Of a stretch of DNA of 64,000 bases, positions 20,364 through 28,502 are shown piece after piece (the first letter of the stretch is position 1; each line of letters starts with the position of its first letter). The translations under genes and the position numbers were made by a program. The notes beneath the pieces are model-generated. The model ran no database searches. It was given only the letters and a program-made list of their open reading frames with translations, and was not told the DNA's origin. Origin of the DNA: Vampirovibrionaceae bacterium NZW_1234 (GTDB taxonomy: Bacteria; Cyanobacteriota; Vampirovibrionia; Vampirovibrionales; JAGQHJ01); NCBI GenBank assembly GCA_041697335.1, contig JBGUGD010000009.1, positions 8,029 to 72,028 on the forward strand, written 5' to 3'.

Positions 20364-21461
20364 ATGAGTGACAAGACCATTGGCATTATTGTGGCTCGGA
20401 TGACATCAACCCGTTTGCCCGGAAAATCTTTGGTTGGCATTCATGGGCGTCCCTTGCTCAGTTATCATGTAGAACGCTTAAAGGCGTGTAAAGGCTTTGA
20501 TGAGCTATGGTTGGCGACCACTCGGGATGATGCCGATACTCCTCTGGCCCAGTGGGCAGAAGCCCAAGGAATTCTTGTGTATCGCCATGCCGGGGATAGC
20601 AACGATGTTGTAGGGCGCCTGACGGCCACGGTAAGGCAAGCACAGGCCACTCAATTTGTCTTTGTCTTGGGAGATTCCCCGCTGGCCGATCCGTTTTTAC
20701 TGGATCAGTATGTCGAGACATTGAACCGGCATCCAGATTGGGAATATGTTGTGCTGCTCGATGACGAACTGGCTGGAAAAGTGGAGGCTGCCTATTGTGG
20801 TACCGGATGCTATCGTACACAAGGCTGGTTAAAAGTTGATGCGGCCTCCAATACGCCCCATTATCGAGAACACCTGGGGAGTGTCCTTCGGGAGAATCCA
20901 TCACTGGTTACTATGGGCTCAATGCGTCTTCCGGATTTGTATTATGAAGGTCCCTACCGACTGAGCATTGACACTCAGGCCGATGTGGATTTCTTTAATG
21001 CGGTGTTCTCGGCATTAAAGAAACCCGATAGCATGGTGACCATGGCGGATGTGCTGACCTACCTGAGAGAACATCCTGAGGTTGTGGCGATTAACAAGCA
21101 CGTTCGTCAAAAGCAGGTTCATGAAAAGACCAACACCTTTTTGTTCTGGGTGGATGCCGATGTTCCCGATTCGTGTGAACCCCGGATCCGGGAATTGGCC
21201 AAAATGCTGGAAGAGGTATTTTCTGTTGGCATTCAGTGGGTGCGTCCTTCTCAAATCCCGGTGAAAAAACAGGCGGTACTCCCGGTAAAACCGATCTCAA
21301 AATGCATTGTAATCTCAGCAGAGTCTCACATTCACCAGGACGTGCAACGCATTTTGTCAGAGGTACCTGAGATTCCCCTTATCGGGATTAGGCCCGAAGC
21401 CATTCCGCAGGATGCACAGCGGCTCAAACAGATGGGATATGATCTACTCACAGCAACCTGA
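20364..21461 (+). CDS. SpsF/PseF-like acylneuraminate cytidylyltransferase family protein
   Basis: ARMTSTRLPGK, ATT...D, DVVGR, GDSPL, REH and RLSIDTQAD motifs. Confidence 0.85.
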   Translation: MSDKTIGIIVARMTSTRLPGKSLVGIHGRPLLSYHVERLKACKGFDELWLATTRDDADTPLAQWAEAQGILVYRHAGDSNDVVGRLTATVRQAQATQFVFVLGDSPLADPFLLDQYVETLNRHPDWEYVVLLDDELAGKVEAAYCGTGCYRTQGWLKVDAASNTPHYREHLGSVLRENPSLVTMGSMRLPDLYYEGPYRLSIDTQADVDFFNAVFSALKKPDSMVTMADVLTYLREHPEVVAINKHVRQKQVHEKTNTFLFWVDADVPDSCEPRIRELAKMLEEVFSVGIQWVRPSQIPVKKQAVLPVKPISKCIVISAESHIHQDVQRILSEVPEIPLIGIRPEAIPQDAQRLKQMGYDLLTAT

Positions 21462-21603
21462 TATAGGCTGTTTCTTTCATTAACGGAAGATACACTGCTC
21501 AGCCGCTGCCAGTATGCTAGGATAGGGCATGTTATCGTGCGCCGATCGGACAATCACGGATCGGCTGAGAATCGGATATCGAGAGCGAGGATTCTACAGG
21601 GCC

Positions 21604-22365
21604 ATGACTGCAACCTACGATTTACATGACCGTGTCGCATTTGTCACCGGCGGTAGCCGGGGCCTGGGGGCAGGTATTGTGCGCCGTCTGGCCGAATGCG
21701 GGATGAAAGTGGCGTTTTGTTATGTGAGCCAACCTGAGGCAGCGGCACAATTGGAAAAAGAACTCACGGATGCCGGTTTTACCGTGGGAGCCTACGAGTG
21801 TGATGTGAGAAACCGTTCTGCAGTGAAGCAGGTTATGGCTCAAGTGGCCGAGCGTTTTGGTGGGTTGGATGTCCTGGTCAACAATGCCGGTATCAATCGT
21901 CGCAAGACGTTTGAAGAGACCACCGATGACGATTGGGATGCGGTCATAGAAACCAACTTGAAGGCCCCTTTTATTTGCTGCCAGGAAGCATTGCCTTACT
22001 TGAAAAAAAGCGAAGCCGGACGCATTATCAATATTTCGTCCGTCTCGGCTCAGATTGCCGGACCGAAAACAGCGCATTATGCCGTGGCAAAGAGTGGTTT
22101 GGATTGCTTGACCCACTTTTTGGGGCGTTACTGTGGGCCCATGAATATTACAGCCAACAGCGTTAACCCGAATGTGGTTATTACCGATCTGGTTCGCGAT
22201 TTGGAAACCAGTCCCGAAGGCAAGGCGTTTCTGGCTGAAACCCCTTTGGGGCGTTTCGGCACCGTTGAAGATGTGGCCAACAGTGTGGCCTTTTTAGCCT
22301 CAGACGAGTCGTCCTACATTACCGGCCATCTCCTGCATGTCAATGGTGGCCGTTATCTAGGCTAG
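21604..22365 (+). CDS. Short-chain dehydrogenase/reductase (FabG-like)
   Basis: TGGSRGLG, NNAG, YxxxK (YAVAK) and ITG...VNGG motifs. Confidence 0.92.
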   Translation: MTATYDLHDRVAFVTGGSRGLGAGIVRRLAECGMKVAFCYVSQPEAAAQLEKELTDAGFTVGAYECDVRNRSAVKQVMAQVAERFGGLDVLVNNAGINRRKTFEETTDDDWDAVIETNLKAPFICCQEALPYLKKSEAGRIINISSVSAQIAGPKTAHYAVAKSGLDCLTHFLGRYCGPMNITANSVNPNVVITDLVRDLETSPEGKAFLAETPLGRFGTVEDVANSVAFLASDESSYITGHLLHVNGGRYLG

Positions 22366-22381
22366 CTTTCAGGAAGAAATA

Positions 22382-22876
22382 TTAAAACAGGCCACCGCGA
22401 GGGCCATTCCCTCTGCCGGAAAACAGCAGCAGGAAGATGAGTAATAACTTCTTCAAGTCAAAGGATTTCTTGGGCGCGGGTTCCGGGTTCGGGTCGGGCT
22501 CAGCAATGCCAAAGTCTTCGTTATCCACAAAACGCTTGGAATAGCGGCTGCCGGACCGTTCTGAAAACACTTGCAACTCTGAGGAAGGTGCATTGGGGAT
22601 ACTGGGACTGACAATGGTCAGCTTTCCATCACCGTCCTGATCTACTGTCCGATTACCGAAGTCCAGGGCGTTTGCAAAGTTGTTTAGCACAATGGCAAGG
22701 TTATCATCGTCCCGCGCACTGGCCATGGTTGCAGCTTGACGCAACTGAGCGGCAGTGACCTTAATGCCTCCGCCAACAGTAGGCGGGGTGTCTCCAAAGA
22801 TTTGTAGAACCTGGTCTTTGATTTGATCAACGGTGACTCGTGTAAATCCCCGATACTGGGGGACTGCCATAACCAT
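22382..22876 (-). CDS. Hypothetical protein with an EF-hand-like loop and C-terminal hydrophobic segment
   Basis: DQDGDGKLT (DxDxDG), PEPDPNPEP linker, KKLLLIFLLLF; GGAGAAGG upstream. Confidence 0.65.
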   Translation of the reverse strand: MVMAVPQYRGFTRVTVDQIKDQVLQIFGDTPPTVGGGIKVTAAQLRQAATMASARDDDNLAIVLNNFANALDFGNRTVDQDGDGKLTIVSPSIPNAPSSELQVFSERSGSRYSKRFVDNEDFGIAEPDPNPEPAPKKSFDLKKLLLIFLLLFSGRGNGPRGGLF

Positions 22877-23134
22877 ACTTCCTTCTCCGCAGCTTTAATT
22901 CATAAATAAATAAAAACACCATTGGTCTAGAAATTACCTCGCTCTCTAACATGATGTTGCCAAACGTTTAGGTGGGTTCTTCAGGGATATCATAAACGAG
23001 GGGATTATTAACGATGTCTTAATTCACGTTACAAATCTTCAACAAGAATTCCAATTCAAAAATCCATTGTTTTTATACAGACATAATTCTTGTGGGCACA
23101 TTGGCTAAGTACGGATAAAAGAAGGTAGACAGCT

Positions 23135-23305
23135 ATGATTGTTGAAAATTTGCCTGTCGCAGAAACATACTGCGACAAGACGGATGTATTGCGGAACGAA
23201 ATGCATTATTTGGCAGAGAGAAATGCTTTTTGTATTTCGTTTTCCAGCAAAGCTTTGTCGAATTTTATAACAACCCTAAAAACGAATAAGGCCTTATACA
23301 AGTAA
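23135..23305 (+). CDS. Possible small protein (56 aa)
   Basis: Manual translation MIVENLPVAETYCDKTDVLRNEMHYLAERN...; GAAGG upstream; CAA-N14-GTTTTTA motif 60 bp upstream. Confidence 0.3.
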   Translation: MIVENLPVAETYCDKTDVLRNEMHYLAERNAFCISFSSKALSNFITTLKTNKALYK

Positions 23306-23469
23306 GCCCTTATCCAGACATTGGTGTGTATACTTTACCTCCCGATAAAACTGCGGCGTGGCAGTTTTATACGGCGGCTGTAGACCATGTTCCAAGAAGA
23401 ACAGGTTCTGAACAGCCTCCTTTTCCACGCTCTTACCTCACTCATCAATAAAACAAAAAGGAGATAACT

Positions 23470-23892
23470 ATGGCTACAACATTACCTCCTACTACATCCG
23501 ACCGAGTTAGCAATGCTCCTGGCTTAGGGCCAAAGCCTCCAACTACTCCCACGTTGGTAGAAGGCAATAATATAAAGGACCTACAGCCTGGGAAACGCTA
23601 TACCGTAGAACGGCAAAAGGATGGCCAGCCAATTAATGGTCCTATTCGTGCTGAAGTAAGTTTCCCAGCCGACGCCAAAGACACCACAATGGTGCCGGAC
23701 CCCTCCAATCCCGGCTATTTCAAGATTACCTGGCCTGGCGGTAAAAGCTCGAGCTACGGCATCAAAGATCCTCAGAATGGGGATACCATTACAATCCGGC
23801 GCGGCAATTCCACCAGCGATTACATTTGGAACGATAAACCGCTGGATGGCGGTAAACCCAAATTTGTGCCGAGAGAGGCCCGCGGTCTTTAA
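23470..23892 (+). CDS. Hypothetical protein with Pro/Thr-rich N-terminus and beta-rich domain
   Basis: 140-aa ORF with AAGGAG RBS and a downstream terminator. Confidence 0.75.
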   Translation: MATTLPPTTSDRVSNAPGLGPKPPTTPTLVEGNNIKDLQPGKRYTVERQKDGQPINGPIRAEVSFPADAKDTTMVPDPSNPGYFKITWPGGKSSSYGIKDPQNGDTITIRRGNSTSDYIWNDKPLDGGKPKFVPREARGL

Positions 23893-23926
23893 TTCTTTCC
23901 CTGCTCCTCGCCGCTCTCCCTAAATC

Positions 23927-23968
23927 GATCTCGCCTCATTCCGCAACAATGAGGCGAGATCTCTCTTT
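23927..23968 (+). terminator. Intrinsic terminator
   Basis: 14-bp stem GATCTCGCCTCATT/AATGAGGCGAGATC followed by TCTCTTT. Confidence 0.7.
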
Positions 23969-24164
23969 ATAGGTTATGCATAAATTGCATCTTAAAAAGC
24001 TCTGTGCTTGATATCACGTTCTGATTCTTCGCATTAAACGTAAAATAGAAGAGGAGGGCTAGAAGAGCGTGTCTGGCTGTAACAGTTTGTAACGGGCATT
24101 GAAGAAATAAAGCCGATTGACGATACGGCCTTGATAGGGCGGTGAACTGGCGAAAGGGAGAAAC

Positions 24165-25637
24165 ATGATGCGGATCAATCTTTTTCAACGAATTCTGGCG
24201 AGCTGTATGGTTGTGTCCCTCTATGCAGGATTCATGGTGAGCCTGATCCAGACTGCGCCTGTGGAGGCAAAGGGAAAAATGGCGCCTCATGCCCCAGGCG
24301 AGGTTATTGTGACCTTCCGGAATAAAACGACGGATGAAGACAAGGCCCGTTTTTACGAGTCCATTAAGGCAACTCCCAAGGAAAGTCTGGACTTTATCAA
24401 GGCCGATGTCGTCAAAGTCAACGACGAACGGTCGCTGGATTCCTGGATCAAAATTATCAAGAGCAATCCAACGGTCAAATATGCCGAACCGAATTTCGAA
24501 CTGTCAATTATTGGGAGTAAGCCTAAGAATATCGGTACTCCGCCAGGGAGCGGGTTGGACGGCAAAGTGCCCCAACCCAAGACAACGTCGACAGCCTCGT
24601 CAACACCCTCCATTCGATCGGCCCCGGCACCGAGAGACCCGTTATTTGCCCAGCAATGGGGGTTAAATAATACAGGGCAGAATCGGGGCAAAGCGGGTGC
24701 GGACATTCAATTCCTGAAGGCCTTGTCTCAATATACGGGGCGCACCAATGTCATTGTGGCGGTTATCGATACCGGTGTGGCTTATGAACACCCGGATTTG
24801 GCAGCCAGCGTCTACGTCAATCCCGGGGAAGACCTGAACAAGGATGGCCGTTGGACCAAACAGGACCAGAATCGGGTGGATAATGACAAACCTGCAAACA
24901 GGTTTATTGATGATGGTGTGGGTTGGAACTTTGTCTCCAACAATGCGAATGCCGGGGATGACAATGGCCATGGGACTCATGTTGCAGGCATCATAGCCGC
25001 CAGCACCGGAAATAATTTAGGGGTTAGTGGTGTCCTGGGAAATGGTCGGGTCAAGATCATGCCTCTCAAGTTTCTCAGCGCCAAGGGCAGTGGTTATGTG
25101 TCGGATGCTGTCAAGGCAATCGATTATTCCGTTCAAAAAGGGGCTCGTATCTCCAACAACAGTTGGGGTGGATCGGGTTACAGCCAGGCGCTGTATGATG
25201 CCATTCAACGGGCAGGCCAGGCGGGGCAATTGTTTATTGCAGCGGCGGGAAATTCCAGCACCAATATTGATACGGCTCCAAGTTATCCGGGGGCCTTCAA
25301 CTTACCCAACATCATTACCGTGGCGTCGACCGATGCTACCGATAACCTGTCCTCTTTTTCCAACTTCGGTGCCATTCGAACCCATATTGCGGCTCCCGGG
25401 AGTGGAATCGTCAGTACTTATACTAGTAATCGTTACGCCACCATGAGTGGAACATCTATGGCAACGCCCTTTGTTGCAGGTGTGGCGGCCATGATCTGGT
25501 CTCAAAGCCCCAGTCTTTCGGCTCAACAGGTCAGAAGCAATATCCTGTCTACGGCTCGAGCAGTAGATTCTCTGAATGGAAAAGTTGCCAACAGTGGAGT
25601 ACTCAACGCTTCGGAAGCCCTAAGGGCAAGCAAATAA
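24165..25637 (+). CDS. Secreted subtilisin-like S8 serine protease with prodomain
   Basis: Catalytic triad VIDTG, HGTHVAG and GTSMATP; AAAGN oxyanion motif; signal peptide; YAEPN prodomain end. Confidence 0.95.
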   Translation: MMRINLFQRILASCMVVSLYAGFMVSLIQTAPVEAKGKMAPHAPGEVIVTFRNKTTDEDKARFYESIKATPKESLDFIKADVVKVNDERSLDSWIKIIKSNPTVKYAEPNFELSIIGSKPKNIGTPPGSGLDGKVPQPKTTSTASSTPSIRSAPAPRDPLFAQQWGLNNTGQNRGKAGADIQFLKALSQYTGRTNVIVAVIDTGVAYEHPDLAASVYVNPGEDLNKDGRWTKQDQNRVDNDKPANRFIDDGVGWNFVSNNANAGDDNGHGTHVAGIIAASTGNNLGVSGVLGNGRVKIMPLKFLSAKGSGYVSDAVKAIDYSVQKGARISNNSWGGSGYSQALYDAIQRAGQAGQLFIAAAGNSSTNIDTAPSYPGAFNLPNIITVASTDATDNLSSFSNFGAIRTHIAAPGSGIVSTYTSNRYATMSGTSMATPFVAGVAAMIWSQSPSLSAQQVRSNILSTARAVDSLNGKVANSGVLNASEALRASK

Positions 25638-25638
25638 T

Positions 25639-26379
25639 TCAGCCGCTATTTGAGTCCAGAGAAGGTCCTGGGGCTTTCACCGCCTCAAGAATCTTATTGG
25701 CATAAAACTGGCACAATTCCAGGGTCGCATGGGCCAACAGGGTTGTCGGTAACAATTCTGACTTCCAGGGCTGATACCCGCAATGTTTGTACATCAGAAT
25801 CAGCGGGGTTTCCGGATAGTCGTCACAGATTTGAGGGCGCCGGGGATCGCCATAGAGACCGCATTGATTATTTTCGGTGAGATGAGGGCAGTGATAAAAG
25901 TACACTTCCCCATCGGTTTGTTCCAGAATCTCGGAAACCAGACTGGGAAATTTCGCACGGGCAGCCTCTGGAGACTCATAGGGCAGAAACACACTGGTGA
26001 ATTGGCGGGCAAAATAGTCGCCCTGTTCGGCTTTGGCTTTCAGGGTTGCCATATCGAATTCCGAACTTGCCAGGTTGCAACAGACACCACACTGGTGGCA
26101 TTGTCCAACCTCTTCTCGCTGCGCCTTGATATGCTCCAGGCTGTCGCAAATTTGTTTTCCGATGGTTTGTTCCAGGGTCAAAATGGCATCTTCCTGCCAC
26201 CGACGATAACCACATCCGGCATGTAAAATTTCATCAATAGTGGTGGGTTCTGTTAAACATTCGGTACAATGGTATTGCAACCGTAATTGCGAGAAGAGAT
26301 CCAAAAGTTTGCGATGGGCAAGCGGAAACAATTCCCGATACTGTTGTTTAATGGTAGATATGTCGTGAGTTAATCCCAT
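25639..26379 (-). CDS. YkgJ family CxxCxxCC (Fe-S/Zn cluster) protein
   Basis: CHQCGVCC, CPHL, CGLY and RPQICDDYP; start uncertain. Confidence 0.85.
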   Translation of the reverse strand: MGLTHDISTIKQQYRELFPLAHRKLLDLFSQLRLQYHCTECLTEPTTIDEILHAGCGYRRWQEDAILTLEQTIGKQICDSLEHIKAQREEVGQCHQCGVCCNLASSEFDMATLKAKAEQGDYFARQFTSVFLPYESPEAARAKFPSLVSEILEQTDGEVYFYHCPHLTENNQCGLYGDPRRPQICDDYPETPLILMYKHCGYQPWKSELLPTTLLAHATLELCQFYANKILEAVKAPGPSLDSNSG

Positions 26380-26422
26380 ACGAGTATTGTAAATGGTAAT
26401 TCGTCGTTCTGAAATCAATTCC

Positions 26423-27478
26423 ATGCATTACACGCCGGAGGCAACCCTGAATCCGCTCTGGAGATGGGCTGAGTTGGGCTACACTCTCGCTGTGAACGCT
26501 CGTTTGTGGTGTTATCGCCAGCGCATTCTTCTGCCCTCGCGATTGCCGGCCCCGGTGATCAGCATCGGGAATTTGACCACGGGTGGAACGGGAAAAACCC
26601 CCATGACGATTTCCCTGGGCAATTATTTGGAATCCAAGGGCCTGAAAGTGGCAGTGCTGTCCCGAGGCTATGGCCGTAAAGATCCGACGGTCTTTCATGA
26701 AGCCAATAGCCCGCAATATGGTGACGAGCCTTTCCTGATGCATCAGCGTCTGGAAAAAAGTAAGGTCTATGTTGGACGAGATCGGGTGTTTGTGGGGCAG
26801 GAAGCGTTTGAGCTTTATCGGCCCGATGTGTTTATCCTGGATGATGGGTTTCAGCACATGCGTTTATTCCGGGATCTCAATATTGTCCTCGTGGATGGTG
26901 AGCGCGGGTTTGGCAATAGCCATCTTCTTCCTGCCGGGCCACTGAGAGAGCCATTGGAACAACTGAAGCGAGCCGACTGGGTTCTGTTGACCAAGCAGAT
27001 AAATCCGGAGAAACGGGAAGAGATTGTGCGTCTTTTGTCTACGGTACCCCAAGGCGAGCGAATCCGCTTGGGAGAATGCCCTTTTGAGCCAATCGGCTTA
27101 TGGCACCCGGATTCCAGAACTTTGAAATCTTTGGATGCTCTTCGTGGGAAGGCAACGTATCTAATATCGGCGATTGCGCAGCCCAAAGCTTTTGAAAATC
27201 TGGTTGAGGAACGCTTGGGACTGGAGTTGATGCAACATTTTGTATTCGACGATCATTTTGACTATACCCGGGAGAGTCTCACGACCTTGATCACCCGCTT
27301 GTCAAATCAACCCAAGAGTGTTGTGGTGACCACTGAAAAGGACTGGATTAAGATCCAATACGTTTTGCCCACCGATTTCCATAATCGTATTTATTTACTC
27401 CGCTTTGAGCCGGTGTTTGATTGGGAGCCGGTGGTGCGGGATTGTCTGGCCCCAGTTTTAGCCCGGTATGTCTCCTGA
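26423..27478 (+). CDS. lpxK: Tetraacyldisaccharide 4'-kinase
   Basis: SIGNLTTGGTGKTP, LSRGYG, GDEP, LDDGFQH, LPAGPLRE and TTEKD. Confidence 0.96.
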   Translation: MHYTPEATLNPLWRWAELGYTLAVNARLWCYRQRILLPSRLPAPVISIGNLTTGGTGKTPMTISLGNYLESKGLKVAVLSRGYGRKDPTVFHEANSPQYGDEPFLMHQRLEKSKVYVGRDRVFVGQEAFELYRPDVFILDDGFQHMRLFRDLNIVLVDGERGFGNSHLLPAGPLREPLEQLKRADWVLLTKQINPEKREEIVRLLSTVPQGERIRLGECPFEPIGLWHPDSRTLKSLDALRGKATYLISAIAQPKAFENLVEERLGLELMQHFVFDDHFDYTRESLTTLITRLSNQPKSVVVTTEKDWIKIQYVLPTDFHNRIYLLRFEPVFDWEPVVRDCLAPVLARYVS

Positions 27479-28502
27479 AAACGCGTCATTAGGTTCCAAA
27501 ATCGTCGTGCTTCGGTATCGCTTCATTGGAGATACACTTCTGACGGTGCCTTTCTTGCGCGAACTGCGTCACCAGAATCCTGAATCCGAAATCCACTGGT
27601 TGGTAGGGCAAGATGCCTATGACCTGGCGGTCGGCTGCCCTTATGTGGATAAAGTTATGGCGTTTGAGCCGCGTCGGCTTGGCTTTTGGAAAGCAGTACA
27701 ACACTTAAAAGCGGAGTCCTATACAACCGCCTATGTTTTGAAACGCTCCTTTTCCAGTGCGCTGATGACGCTTTTGGCAGGTATTCCCAGCCGAATTGGA
27801 TTTAATACCGATCATCGGGGCTTTTTATTGACGCAACGTGTGCCCTATCGTTATCAGGAAGCCCACGAAGCCCAGTGCCTTCTGGATCATCTTCCACTGT
27901 CAAACGAGACGAATTCGGAAGACCGTCGTCTTTGTCTGGAAACCTGGATCCCGGAGGTGAATGCCAAACGAGCCCAGAAAATGCTGGCGCCCTTTCAAGG
28001 CCCTCGCGTGGTGCTGCATGCCACCAGTACCAATCCGGCCAAGACATGGCCCATGCGTCATTTCCAGGCCCTGGCGACGGCGCTGGTGCTAGAGCATCAG
28101 GCAACCGTCTTCTTTCTGGGAACCCCACAGGACAAGTTATATTATGAAACCCTGTGTCTGGAACTGCCGGATGAGGTGCAAGGGCGTTGTGTAAACTGGT
28201 GTGGGGAGACCACCTTGTTGGACAGTATGGCCTTACTTACCGGCATGTCCCTGGTTGTGGCCAATGATTCCGGGATGGTGCATATGGCTGCTGCCACCAA
28301 TGTCCCGCTTGTGGCGCTATTTGGTCCGATGGACCCGCAGCAGTGGCGGCCCTTAAGCACAAACGCCACAGTGCTCACACATCCGGATTTGACGTGCCGT
28401 CCCTGTCGAATGAAAATAACCTGTAGTCATCAATATCCGTGTTTGACCGAACTCACCCCGGAAAGAGTGCTACAGGCATGCAAAGCGTATTTGACATCCT
28501 AG
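27468..28502 (+). CDS. waaF: GT9 LPS heptosyltransferase II-like
   Basis: IGDTLL, K.WP, ANDSGMVHMAAA, ALFGP and the C-terminal CRPC...C...C motif. Confidence 0.85.
   Translation: MSPENASLGSKIVVLRYRFIGDTLLTVPFLRELRHQNPESEIHWLVGQDAYDLAVGCPYVDKVMAFEPRRLGFWKAVQHLKAESYTTAYVLKRSFSSALMTLLAGIPSRIGFNTDHRGFLLTQRVPYRYQEAHEAQCLLDHLPLSNETNSEDRRLCLETWIPEVNAKRAQKMLAPFQGPRVVLHATSTNPAKTWPMRHFQALATALVLEHQATVFFLGTPQDKLYYETLCLELPDEVQGRCVNWCGETTLLDSMALLTGMSLVVANDSGMVHMAAATNVPLVALFGPMDPQQWRPLSTNATVLTHPDLTCRPCRMKITCSHQYPCLTELTPERVLQACKAYLTS

Noticed and set aside
22521-22529. Perfect DnaA box TTATCCACA
   Set aside because: A single copy inside a CDS, with no cluster or dnaA nearby.
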